A stretch of 64,000 nt of DNA from Epithemia pelagica (lineage: Eukaryota > Protista > Bacillariophyta). Location of the stretch: the NCBI GenBank assembly GCA_946965045.2, contig OX337234.1, positions 3,720,001 to 3,784,000 on the forward strand. Direction: 5' to 3'. This document shows positions 51,868 through 61,506 of this stretch, piece by piece. Under the pieces are notes generated by a model, which worked only from the letters and a program-made list of their open reading frames with translations, was not told the DNA's origin and searched no databases. The first letter of the stretch is position 1. Each line of letters opens with the position of its first letter. The position numbers were made by a program, and so were the translations under genes.

Positions 51868-52269
51868 TGATCCAAAAGGGACACGATGCGATCCGCAACA
51901 TATTGGAGTTGCAGCAAGCAACGAAGTAATACAAGACAACCATGGGTACCTTCAATTGACAACATCTACAACCACCCTAGCACTCTATACCATAACAGGC
52001 ACCATATACAGATTATATAATATCTCCAATCCATCACCGCTCACACCGTAGCTAAATTGGAAAGGACTCCGCATTGTCTTTGTATTCCATACGAAAATTG
52101 TGTATTTACCATGAAGCATCATCATAGGAGGGTATAGGGGGCATCCCATGGTGGACTTGAACGCCGTGATGAATGCCTAGATTGCAAATAATAGATGTAT
52201 GGCATAGCTATATCCGCGATCCAGGGGCGATCCATAGTCTGGTGCTGTAATAGATTGAGCAACTTTCGC
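50928..52269 (+). repeat. Copy 1 of a 1.34-kb direct duplication
   Basis: Matches 55780-57118 with scattered substitutions and a 3-bp indel. Confidence 0.95.
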
Positions 52270-52405
52270 ACAATTTCGTGGCAGACGAAATTGAAAGTGC
52301 CCTAGTTTCTGCTCCTTTAAAGATACTTTCTGCTGTCTCGTAGCTTTTGTACTGAGCCTTACACACCAGAAAGTGTGTGTGGGCCGTATCGGAACGCCGA
52401 CGACC

Positions 52406-54541
52406 ATGGCCGATCCTCCTCCTGCCGCCGTTGCTTCTACAAGAGCTAATGATACTACTATGTCGGATAACAACTCTAGTGTTCAGTTTCGCAATGACGA
52501 TACGGCAAACGGGAATGATAATCGCGCTTCTACAACAGAGAAACAACACAACGCCACTGACGACGACGATGCAAGTGCAGCAACGGCAACGACTACCCAC
52601 CAACCGATTGTGTATGAAGGTGATGAAGAAGAATACACCATTAAATTTGTCTTCCGCCCGCAAGACGACCAAGCTAACAATCAAGTCGCCAAGCATCACT
52701 ATGCTATCTTACAGATCATCGCCAAGGTCTATCCTGAAGTGAAAATATATGATAACCGTGGAGCACACTTGAAGGCGAAAAGGATCGAGTCATTGAAAAC
52801 CTACTCCGCATATTTACGACACTTTGACTTGCATTATTCCAAAGGCAACAAGAGCAAGAATCGATCTGCGATTTACGTGGTGATACATCGATTTTTATCG
52901 CGAATTCCAATTCATGAGGTCAGAAAACATTTCTCGGTGCAAGAAAAACTGAAATCCGGTACCGCAAAAATGACAAGGCACATGTGGAGAGAAGACGAAA
53001 CAAGAATTTCGAATCTTGGATTCTTCGTTGGGTACGACCCAAGCAATATCTTGCCAGAAGATATGCATGACATCGTCGAGAACAAGATCATTAACCAAAC
53101 AGGCACGCCCAAGAAAAGGATTCCTAAATTCTGTTGCAATTACTCTTCCCCGATTCTGTATGACAAGGACACCGACGACAGATATGTAACGAAAGCGTTC
53201 GACCTCCAGTGCCGGCAAAGCGACGCCAAAGCACTTTTGGACATTCTTCATGCAACCTACGTTGAAGATCCAGATTTTGTCTTCCATCGATCAAGGCATA
53301 CTCACAAGCAACTATACATCAACGCAATGAAGGAACAGAATGCCTATTTACGCGACTGCCGAATCATCCCCATTGCAGGCATACATCCCGCGATTATGTG
53401 GACTCTGGGCGACAAGCTATGCGAATTCGAAGGAGTGATACGTGTTACAAAACACAAAGACAGTGATCTGAAAGGACGGTTCAACGTACATACAAGTGAA
53501 CCACATTTCAACGATCTAAAAGGACGGTTCAGGAGAGAACGAGCATCACTTGTCCAATTTGAGAGGAACAACCACAATTTGAATCTCCAGCCATATGAGG
53601 ATGGAGGACCGAGATTAGCTTTCAAGATTAACAATCAAGGCGAAGAGGAAGACGAAGAGTCCGCAAACACATCACACGCAGGCTCTTATGCGACCTACAT
53701 GACTGCCATGAATGAAAGATACGCCAGAGCAGCAGAAGAATCAGATGAAGGCTCGCTAACAAGCCCACCAGTGTCAACAGGACCAGTTACTCAGGCATGG
53801 ACAAGTAGTGTACCGATCGAAACTGTTGTTGCATCTAAGACCGATTACTCAATCAAAAGCCAAGTGAGTCAAGAAGAATACGATCGCATGAAGACGGACC
53901 TTACCTCCAAAGTCGAAGAAGTAGAAGACAAATTTTGCGCGTTTGTGGAAGAGCAACGTATGAAACAAGATCAAGAACGTGACGCCTTAGTACAATCTAT
54001 TATGGCAGCAGTCCAACAACAAGTTGCTGCATCGATTCAACAACAGATGCAAATGCATCCAGCACCGGTTCCTTTCTATCCACAACAACAACCACCACAA
54101 CAAGTACATCATCACCAACAACTACCAACTGCTCCAGGTCACCATCCGGGAATGTACCAAGCTCCTCAAAATCGAATGATGCCACCACCACCGATGCCAC
54201 AACAACAACAATATACTTCACACCAAATGCCACCACAATTTCAGGTACAAAGCCAACCAAGCTCGCCGATACAGCCTCATCAGCTCCACCCAATGGATCA
54301 TGAACCAGCTACTGGACATTATACTCACGAACAACAACAACAACAACACACTACAAACTATCAACAACAAATCAACCCTCCGAATAGGAGCCACAACGAA
54401 ATGGGTCTACAGCCATCGAGCGACCCCCAGCAGCAGGCCACGCCAAATCTAGACGTGAGCATGGTCCAACCAAACTCGCCCTTGCAAGCGGACGGGTCGT
54501 TGGCCGACAGAAGCATGTTTAGTCATGAGTCGAAATCATAA
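52406..54541 (+). CDS. LINE ORF1 protein
   Basis: 711-aa ORF immediately upstream of, and overlapping, an APE ORF; coiled-coil and Q/P-rich C-terminus. Confidence 0.75.
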   Translation: MADPPPAAVASTRANDTTMSDNNSSVQFRNDDTANGNDNRASTTEKQHNATDDDDASAATATTTHQPIVYEGDEEEYTIKFVFRPQDDQANNQVAKHHYAILQIIAKVYPEVKIYDNRGAHLKAKRIESLKTYSAYLRHFDLHYSKGNKSKNRSAIYVVIHRFLSRIPIHEVRKHFSVQEKLKSGTAKMTRHMWREDETRISNLGFFVGYDPSNILPEDMHDIVENKIINQTGTPKKRIPKFCCNYSSPILYDKDTDDRYVTKAFDLQCRQSDAKALLDILHATYVEDPDFVFHRSRHTHKQLYINAMKEQNAYLRDCRIIPIAGIHPAIMWTLGDKLCEFEGVIRVTKHKDSDLKGRFNVHTSEPHFNDLKGRFRRERASLVQFERNNHNLNLQPYEDGGPRLAFKINNQGEEEDEESANTSHAGSYATYMTAMNERYARAAEESDEGSLTSPPVSTGPVTQAWTSSVPIETVVASKTDYSIKSQVSQEEYDRMKTDLTSKVEEVEDKFCAFVEEQRMKQDQERDALVQSIMAAVQQQVAASIQQQMQMHPAPVPFYPQQQPPQQVHHHQQLPTAPGHHPGMYQAPQNRMMPPPPMPQQQQYTSHQMPPQFQVQSQPSSPIQPHQLHPMDHEPATGHYTHEQQQQQHTTNYQQQINPPNRSHNEMGLQPSSDPQQQATPNLDVSMVQPNSPLQADGSLADRSMFSHESKS

Positions 54542-55779
54542 CTTACCGGAGATTAACAACTACATAAACCACAATCATCATCACTTCGCAACTATGCCAG
54601 AACCCACACAACAGGAAGACTTTCCTGATCTATTCCACGACACACTCCAACACAATTTAACCACACAAGAAACATTCAAATTCGACGAACCAATTGGAAT
54701 ACTATCACAAGAAAAAGATGACAATACTTTTCAAGTATTTGGGAGCAATCCTAATGGATTGACTCTGGGGCATGATGGAGGAGACTTCGCAGAGCTATGT
54801 TTGGAAATGAGTAACTCGCAAGTTGATACATGGTGCATCTATGAAACAAAATTGGATACAACACAGCACAATGTGCGAAACAAATTACACAATACAATAC
54901 GGAAACAAACAGAACACTCACGCATCGTCTATGGGAGTAGTTCGATTTCAACAGTAAGAGGACGAACCTATAAACCAGGAGGGATACTACAAGTCACACA
55001 AGGTCAGACTACTGGACGAGTAGTGAAACAGGGACAAGATTCTATGGGAAGATGGGCTTATCAAGTGTTTTCGTGCAGAGGCCATAAAACTTTGACAGTG
55101 ATCACTGCTTATCAAGTTTGTCATCAGACATTAATCGACGAAACAACGCAGAGGAGACGCTCCTTTACTGCCTCGGCACAACAAGTTTCAATGCTCCGAC
55201 AAATGAATCGCACGTGTACTCCTCGAGAGGCATTTATCCAAGATCTAGGAGCCTTTATTCAAGAAAGAGCTGCTTGCAACTCAGGCATTCTATTAATCGG
55301 TGACTTCAACGAAGCACTCTCAGATTCCTTCTCAGGCATGTCGAAACTATGTTCCGACAATAACCTACAAGATCTCATGTGGCAAATACTCGGGACCACT
55401 GACTTTGGAACTCATGCGAAAGGCCGAGAGAGAATCGACTATGTTTTGTGCAGCGATTGGGTAGCTTCAGCTGTCAAGAATGGATACTACGAAGCATTTG
55501 GATACCGCCCAAAGGGTGATCACCGCAACATCATGATAGATTTTGATATCGAAAAACTGTTTGGAAATCGTACTCAACCATTGGGACCAATCTCCAGTCG
55601 AGATTTCACAAGCCAAGACAAATCTTCCAATAGGAAGTATATTGAAGCGAAGCATCGATACTGTCGTGATCACAATTTCGGACGTAGACTTGCAGCTTTA
55701 CAAGAAGAATGGGATCCCGAGGAAGCTGAAAAACTAGACAAAGATTGGCAACGGGCTGGCGAGTATGCTGCGAAACAAT
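54525..55779 (+). pseudogene. LINE ORF2, truncated after the APE endonuclease
   Basis: SNPNGL, YETKLD, IGDFNE, RIDYVL and GDHRNI are the canonical APE motifs. Confidence 0.9.
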
Positions 55780-57118
55780 ACGGCTGGAGCCCAACGACCC
55801 GAATCATGACAGGATGAAATTCACTCATTTGCGTGCCGTGGCGGACGTGTCGTCGTCTCCAGTGCAAGCTGAGAACGACCGGTTGCCGACCATGCCGCGA
55901 GCGCTCGATCCGGCGGTGGATTGTAGGACCAACGGTGGAAACGACCCTGACCTATGCCTTTCATTTCTAGAGTGTCATTGGGTACGTGGTTCCTGTAGGG
56001 CTTTTTCTTGCAGATACATCAATACTCGACAAGAGTGTCATGCCAGGGAAGCCCTGTGTTTTTGGCAAGACGACGCGTGTCAGGATGCCCCGTGCCACAT
56101 CCTCAATGATGCGCAAGTATGCGCCGACAGAGATGGATGTACCTGGGATGCGACTATTGGATGCCGGCTCCCGTGTATCGAACGAGGGTTGGACGAATGC
56201 TTGGCCGCCGAATCGTGTCGCAAACAAACGTTCATGTATTTGGGCCCGAAATGCGTCAACCAACCATGATTCTTCTTGATGATCCAAAAGCCATGAGTCG
56301 ATGTACAAAAATGCGTCAACAAACCATGATGATTCTGGATTGATGATCCAATATGGGCCATAATGATTCAATGTCCAACACATTGTGGATGTATCCAACC
56401 CACCAAGCAACGAAACAATGGTGTACGCTCGGACGCCACCACTGTTCTTTGAATGATCAAGGTCGTGTGTGTCAAGATGGTTGCAAGTTCATCACTGAGT
56501 GGGACACATGTGAGGAGCGATCCGACTGTTCTTGGTCATCCTCGGGAGGAGGAACGTCCTTGCAGTGACATTGGTAGTTCAAAAGGTTGTACAGGGCGTT
56601 GTACCAGGGATACGCACAGTGGTACATGCGAACCCTCCTCGTGTGACAATCTCGGGTCAGAAGAATCCCCAAAGGAAGACGCGTGTGAATGGGATGGTTT
56701 GTTCGAGGATGCTGCTTGATGATCCAAAAGGGACACGATGCGATCCGCAACATATTGGAGTTGCAGCAAGCAACGAAGTAGTACAAGACAACCATGGGTA
56801 CCTTCAATTGACAACATCTACAACCACCCTAGCACTATGTACCATAACAGGCACCATATACATATATAATATCTCCAATCCATCACCGCTCACACCGTAG
56901 CTAAATTGGAAAGGACTCCGCATTGTCTTTGTATTCCATACGAAAATTGTGTATTTACCATGAAGCATCATCATAGGAGGGTATAGGGGGCATCCCATGG
57001 TGGACTTGAACGCCGTGATGAATGCCTAGATTGCAAATAATAGATGTATGGCATAGCTATATCCGCGATCCAGGGGCGATCCATACTCTGGTGCTGTAAT
57101 AGATTGAGCAACTTTCGC
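55780..57118 (+). repeat. Copy 2 of the 1.34-kb duplication (lacks the A2 signal peptide; runs into the LINE-free site)
   Basis: Starts ACGGCTGGAGCCC and ends AACTTTCGC, then continues into sequence homologous to the region upstream of B1. Confidence 0.95.
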
Positions 57119-57292
57119 GTGTGGGCGTTTGACATTGCTCCTTTGGGGTTGTGGTGGTCCAGAGGAGTGTCATTCAAAGACAATATCGTTCTTTGGTATC
57201 TATGCCTTGTACAGGTTGTTTGCCGAATAACGAGCGTTGTGGAGTTTGTGGCGAGTACAATCTTCCTCATTTTTCTCCTCCTTCTTGTCAAC

Positions 57293-57838
57293 ATGGCGAC
57301 GACGACGATGACGGTCACAAGACCATGGACCTCGGTATGGTTTCTCCTGTTTGGTTGCTGCATGACTTTGCTCTTTCTTGCATTTGGGTTACATGGTTCA
57401 CACACGACATTCTTGGTTGCCTCCCATGTGATTCAACAAGCCAGCTACCAAGACGAGGGACAACAGAAGGTTGCAATGCCTCTAGCAGAGCCACACATCG
57501 GCGACGGCAATATTACAACCTTTCAACTACGCGGCTTGCAACAACAAGAACAAGAACGATACCCACACAAGTTGCACTTGGCGCCACCACATGTGCCCCC
57601 TCCGAAACTGGTCTTGAAAAACAAGGACAATCCGACGGGCAAGGATCAATTTTGCAACAGTTACAAAACCAAGGATACTTGCTTGAATACAAGGGGTCGT
57701 TGCGAATGGTTTCCCGCCGAATATTGTGCCATTTCCTGTCAAACCTTCATCAAGGAATCCAGTTGCATCATTTTGGATATTAGTTGTCGATGGGTGGACG
57801 GCCAAGGATGCATTCGCAAAAAGAGACCACGAGAATAA
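57293..57838 (+). CDS. Small Cys-repeat protein B2, paralogue of B1
   Basis: Nearly colinear with 48583-49116 (HKLHLAPPHVP, KDNPTG.DQFCNSYK, YCAISCQ.FIKESSC). Confidence 0.82.
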   Translation: MATTTMTVTRPWTSVWFLLFGCCMTLLFLAFGLHGSHTTFLVASHVIQQASYQDEGQQKVAMPLAEPHIGDGNITTFQLRGLQQQEQERYPHKLHLAPPHVPPPKLVLKNKDNPTGKDQFCNSYKTKDTCLNTRGRCEWFPAEYCAISCQTFIKESSCIILDISCRWVDGQGCIRKKRPRE

Positions 57839-58864
57839 AGAGAATACCATGTCGCATCAACCACAACAGCAACAGGACATTCACAGAAGAATGTATGTGT
57901 GTAAAAACACATTGTAGAACGTGTCTTGGAGAATTGGGTATCCTCTCCTGAAACAGTTAGGGACAATGTAATACATCATAACTAAGGGTAAAGGACACCG
58001 AGCAAAGAACGACCACAACGACACAATCTAGTGTGAATGGTTGTCGTCCATTTAGAGAACCCTTGACCACTCACACGCGCGAGAACAAAGGAGAATACAC
58101 AAGACTGTCTGTTTGGCCCAACTCTCCAACGACCCCTAGACTCGTAGGTTGCCTTTGTGGTATCCAACCCATGTCATTATCGGTGGGCTTGCGTTGGCTG
58201 CCTGGTTGTTGGACGACACGGTGAGGATGGATGGGCTGATAGATACAGCTGGATATGAGCGTTGGTTTGCAGATTGGGTTTCGGTTGTGTCTGGAACCGA
58301 GAGAGAGAATGCGCGTAGAATCGATCGTATGGATCTAGCTAGTGTGGCATTGCTGCTAGAGAGACCGTCCAGACAATGACATGTCCACACTCGATCCAAT
58401 CTCGAATATACTCTCGTCCTTCTTTTCTAGAGGTAGAGAGGAGAAGGAGAAGACTATATTATGTCTCGCAATGCGTTTCGTTCTAAGAGTACCACTACGA
58501 TAGTACGAATAGCTATTGCCTATATTTTAGGGGCGATCCAATGGCGAATCAAGATCTTCGCGGATTCAAAGTTCAAACTTTTGGATCGTTTCGGCGTAAC
58601 AAGGATTGACGACGTGAGCATCTGACGTGGCTGAGCATCTGAAAAGCTGCAAATAACAACCATAATAATAGTAGTGGTCAAGACGCTTCAGTTTTCAGTT
58701 GTTTGGTTTGCCATACTCATTTTCAAGAGAAAGAGGGACTGTAATAAAAGGAAGAAGGGGAAGCGAAGGAGAACGGATCTGTTGCCAGAAGACGAACATT
58801 ATTGTATTATCATTATTAACCGTATCCGAACAACAAGAAGGCCCTCCGAATCATCATCATCATC

Positions 58865-59238
58865 ATGATCCAGACAACAGTTTCGTGGATCAAGCCATTT
58901 CTCCTGGCGAGCATCGTGTTGTTGCTATGGTGTGCTCCTGCGGCATTGGCAGCCACGGCCTTGAACGACCATGAGGGAGAGATCCTCCAAGGAAGGACAG
59001 AGTCATCATCCTCCTCCAGCCTACGAGGTGTACCGTCCAATCGGCCGTGAAGCGAGTGGATCGTCTTAATCTCGACACGCCCAGCCCTCCTCCAAAGTGC
59101 AGCAATTGTGATGATCCTCCACGCACCACCTCGTGCTTCGATCTCGACGAAAGGTACTGTAAGCGGAATCCCGATTGTCAGTGGGGAGGGAGTTCCTATG
59201 CACCTTGTGACGTTCCAGGTGATTGTCCCTTTATTTGA
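58865..59238 (+). pseudogene. Signal-peptide Cys-repeat gene C with a frame break near 59040-59050
   Basis: Signal MIQTTVSWIKPFLLASIVLLLWCAPAALA and LRGV, then the Cys unit CFDLDERYCKRNPDCQWGGSSYAPC in the -1 frame. Confidence 0.55.
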
Positions 59239-59957
59239 TTGAAGAGGCAGGGCCCCAAGAGAATTGACCATTGGACACACTTTTGCACAAGGCACAAGAT
59301 ATGGGATACGACCCACACAGAATCATCCTCTATTTTCAGTGACACAGTTTCTCTACCATAAAAATAAAAGCCTTTTGCTTTGCGACACCTATGCAAACCC
59401 CTTCAAGGTGTGTGTCTATACATCGTCCGTTGGTTCGCACGGTTGTTGGGAAACGGTGTGTTGTTGGGTGAGGCGATTTGGGGCCATTCCTCTATACAAG
59501 AGAGCCGTGATTTTGGTAATTGCTCACTCCGAACGGTTCATTCACGGTCGTCCAGGGGCTTTCTCTGGAGAAGAAGACTATACCGACAACCTCGTGTGGC
59601 TCTGGTTCCATAGTCCTAATTCTGTTCTTCCCTCCACAGTATGCAGCGACGACTATCTCAATGATTCTAGAGCTAGAGAAGGACTCGCTTACTTTTTGGT
59701 AGGTAGCTTTTGCTATAGGAGTAGATTCCAGATCGAACGCGTTTAGATCGCTCTTATTTTCTCGCGATCTTTTGGCAATCATCACAATCTATCACAATGT
59801 CTTTCCAGGGTATCCTCAACGCGACAACCCCGACAATAACTACGACTACGACTACGACTACTACATTGTCACCTCTCTCTGGATCTCTCTCTGTTGTCTC
59901 CAATTTTTTCTTGCCACAAACCAAAGGTTGGGACTCTGACAACAAACAGAGAAAAGA

Positions 59958-61506
59958 ATGGCGTTAGTGAGGGATCCTTCTTCGTCTCGCCGCAGCCATG
60001 ATAGCCATGATGCACCATCATCGTCCTTGTCGTTGTTGTGAGGTCGACACGCGGAATTGCAACGCTTGCAAGACGTGACCCGGCAGATTGCATCCGAACC
60101 AACCAAACACGTGGTGTGGTTTCATGGTCCCAGGGGATCGGGCAAAACAGCACTGTGTCAAGCTTTGGAGGCACGTGTCAACTCTCTGGCCAACAACCAT
60201 CACCACTGCAAGAACGACAACCACAAGCACGATCATTCGATTCCTGTCCAGTATCGCTACCTGTTTGGCAAATTTGATCAATTTCACGACAATTCGACAC
60301 CCTATTAGGCCTTGGTACAAGCCTTGGAATGTGCCGTTCGGCCAACGACAAACAAGGAAAATGAGGATTCGACCAATACATCCTTACTACAATCCATGGG
60401 AACGGAATGCTACCATGTCTTGGCGCAACTCATGCCTTCTCTCAAACAAAACCAGGAAAAGGAGGCGGAGAACAAGAACCACAATGATGATGATGATCCA
60501 GTGCCAAAAAACAGTGAAGAAGAACAATCACATCAAAACCCACAAGATAGTGGCAAACCCATGGTCATGCCTCCACATCTCTTGGCCATTGCCATGACCT
60601 GCTTTTTGAGTACCTTGTCTTCCCCTCAATCGCCAACAATTTTGGTGCTGGACGATTTGCAATGGACCGATACTGATTCTCTCATCATTTTACGAGTCTT
60701 GCTCCAGTACCAACAATTTCATCACTTGCTGTTCCTTGGCTTGTATCGAGATGACGAAAAGGAGGCGGAGGATGTGTCCTCCTCCTCGTCGTCGTCGTCA
60801 AATTCGTATGCACGCTTTCAGATATGGCTCGAGGAAACCACACACAATCCGGATCCGGGCCAAGCCTTGTGGCCTGACCCATGAAGGTCCATGAAATGGC
60901 CATTGGCAATCTCAGTCGCGCCGAAACATTCGAATGGATTTGCCACATTGTTTGGTGGGGTTTTGGTTGGGCAAGGAGAAACACAACCGGTCGTATCGGA
61001 AACATGCCATCCAGACACTGCAATGGTTCAAGGAACGACCCAATCCCAACACGGTTCCTCTCCGACTTTGGCTCGAGGCCTACGAGGCCACCACAGAACG
61101 ACGACATGTATCGGATGGGGCCAAGGTTCAAAAGATGTGGCAAAGCGTCATGGTTATGCTCGCCCGGAGTGGATTGATCCATTATGGTGCCATGGCCAAT
61201 GAACTCTTGGCCGACTTTTTGTTGTCGTCGTGTCAGGAACCCCAAGATGCGCACGGTACGGCCCAACTCCACGTGAAACGTGCCATGGACTTGTACCAGG
61301 AATGGGGAGCGATCGTCAAGGTTGAGGCTCTGCTTCAATCGCACAATGTGTCGTCCGACCATGATGGAACGAATGGCACCAGCAACAAGACTGGCTCGAG
61401 ACTGCGAGGACGAGAACGGTTCAGTTCCCGAATCGATGCCGCCTCCAAGTCCCAAGTACAAGAACTGCTGGTGGACGAAGTGAATGAGGGTAGTCCAGAA
61501 TCATGA
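59958..61506 (+). pseudogene. Decayed AAA/STAND-type P-loop ATPase with a helical C-terminus
   Basis: Walker A HGPRGSGKT, FGKFDQ, Walker B LVLDDLQW, C-terminal AMANELLADF...YQEWGAIVKV. In-frame TGA (about 60042) and TAG (60306-60308), plus two frameshifts. Confidence 0.8.

Larger units (their letters stand above)
52270..55779 (+). mobile_element. APE-type non-LTR retrotransposon (Ambal-like), 5' half only
   Basis: 5' UTR, ORF1 and the endonuclease part of ORF2; breaks off at 55779, where the duplicated host segment resumes. No RT domain is present. Confidence 0.85.
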
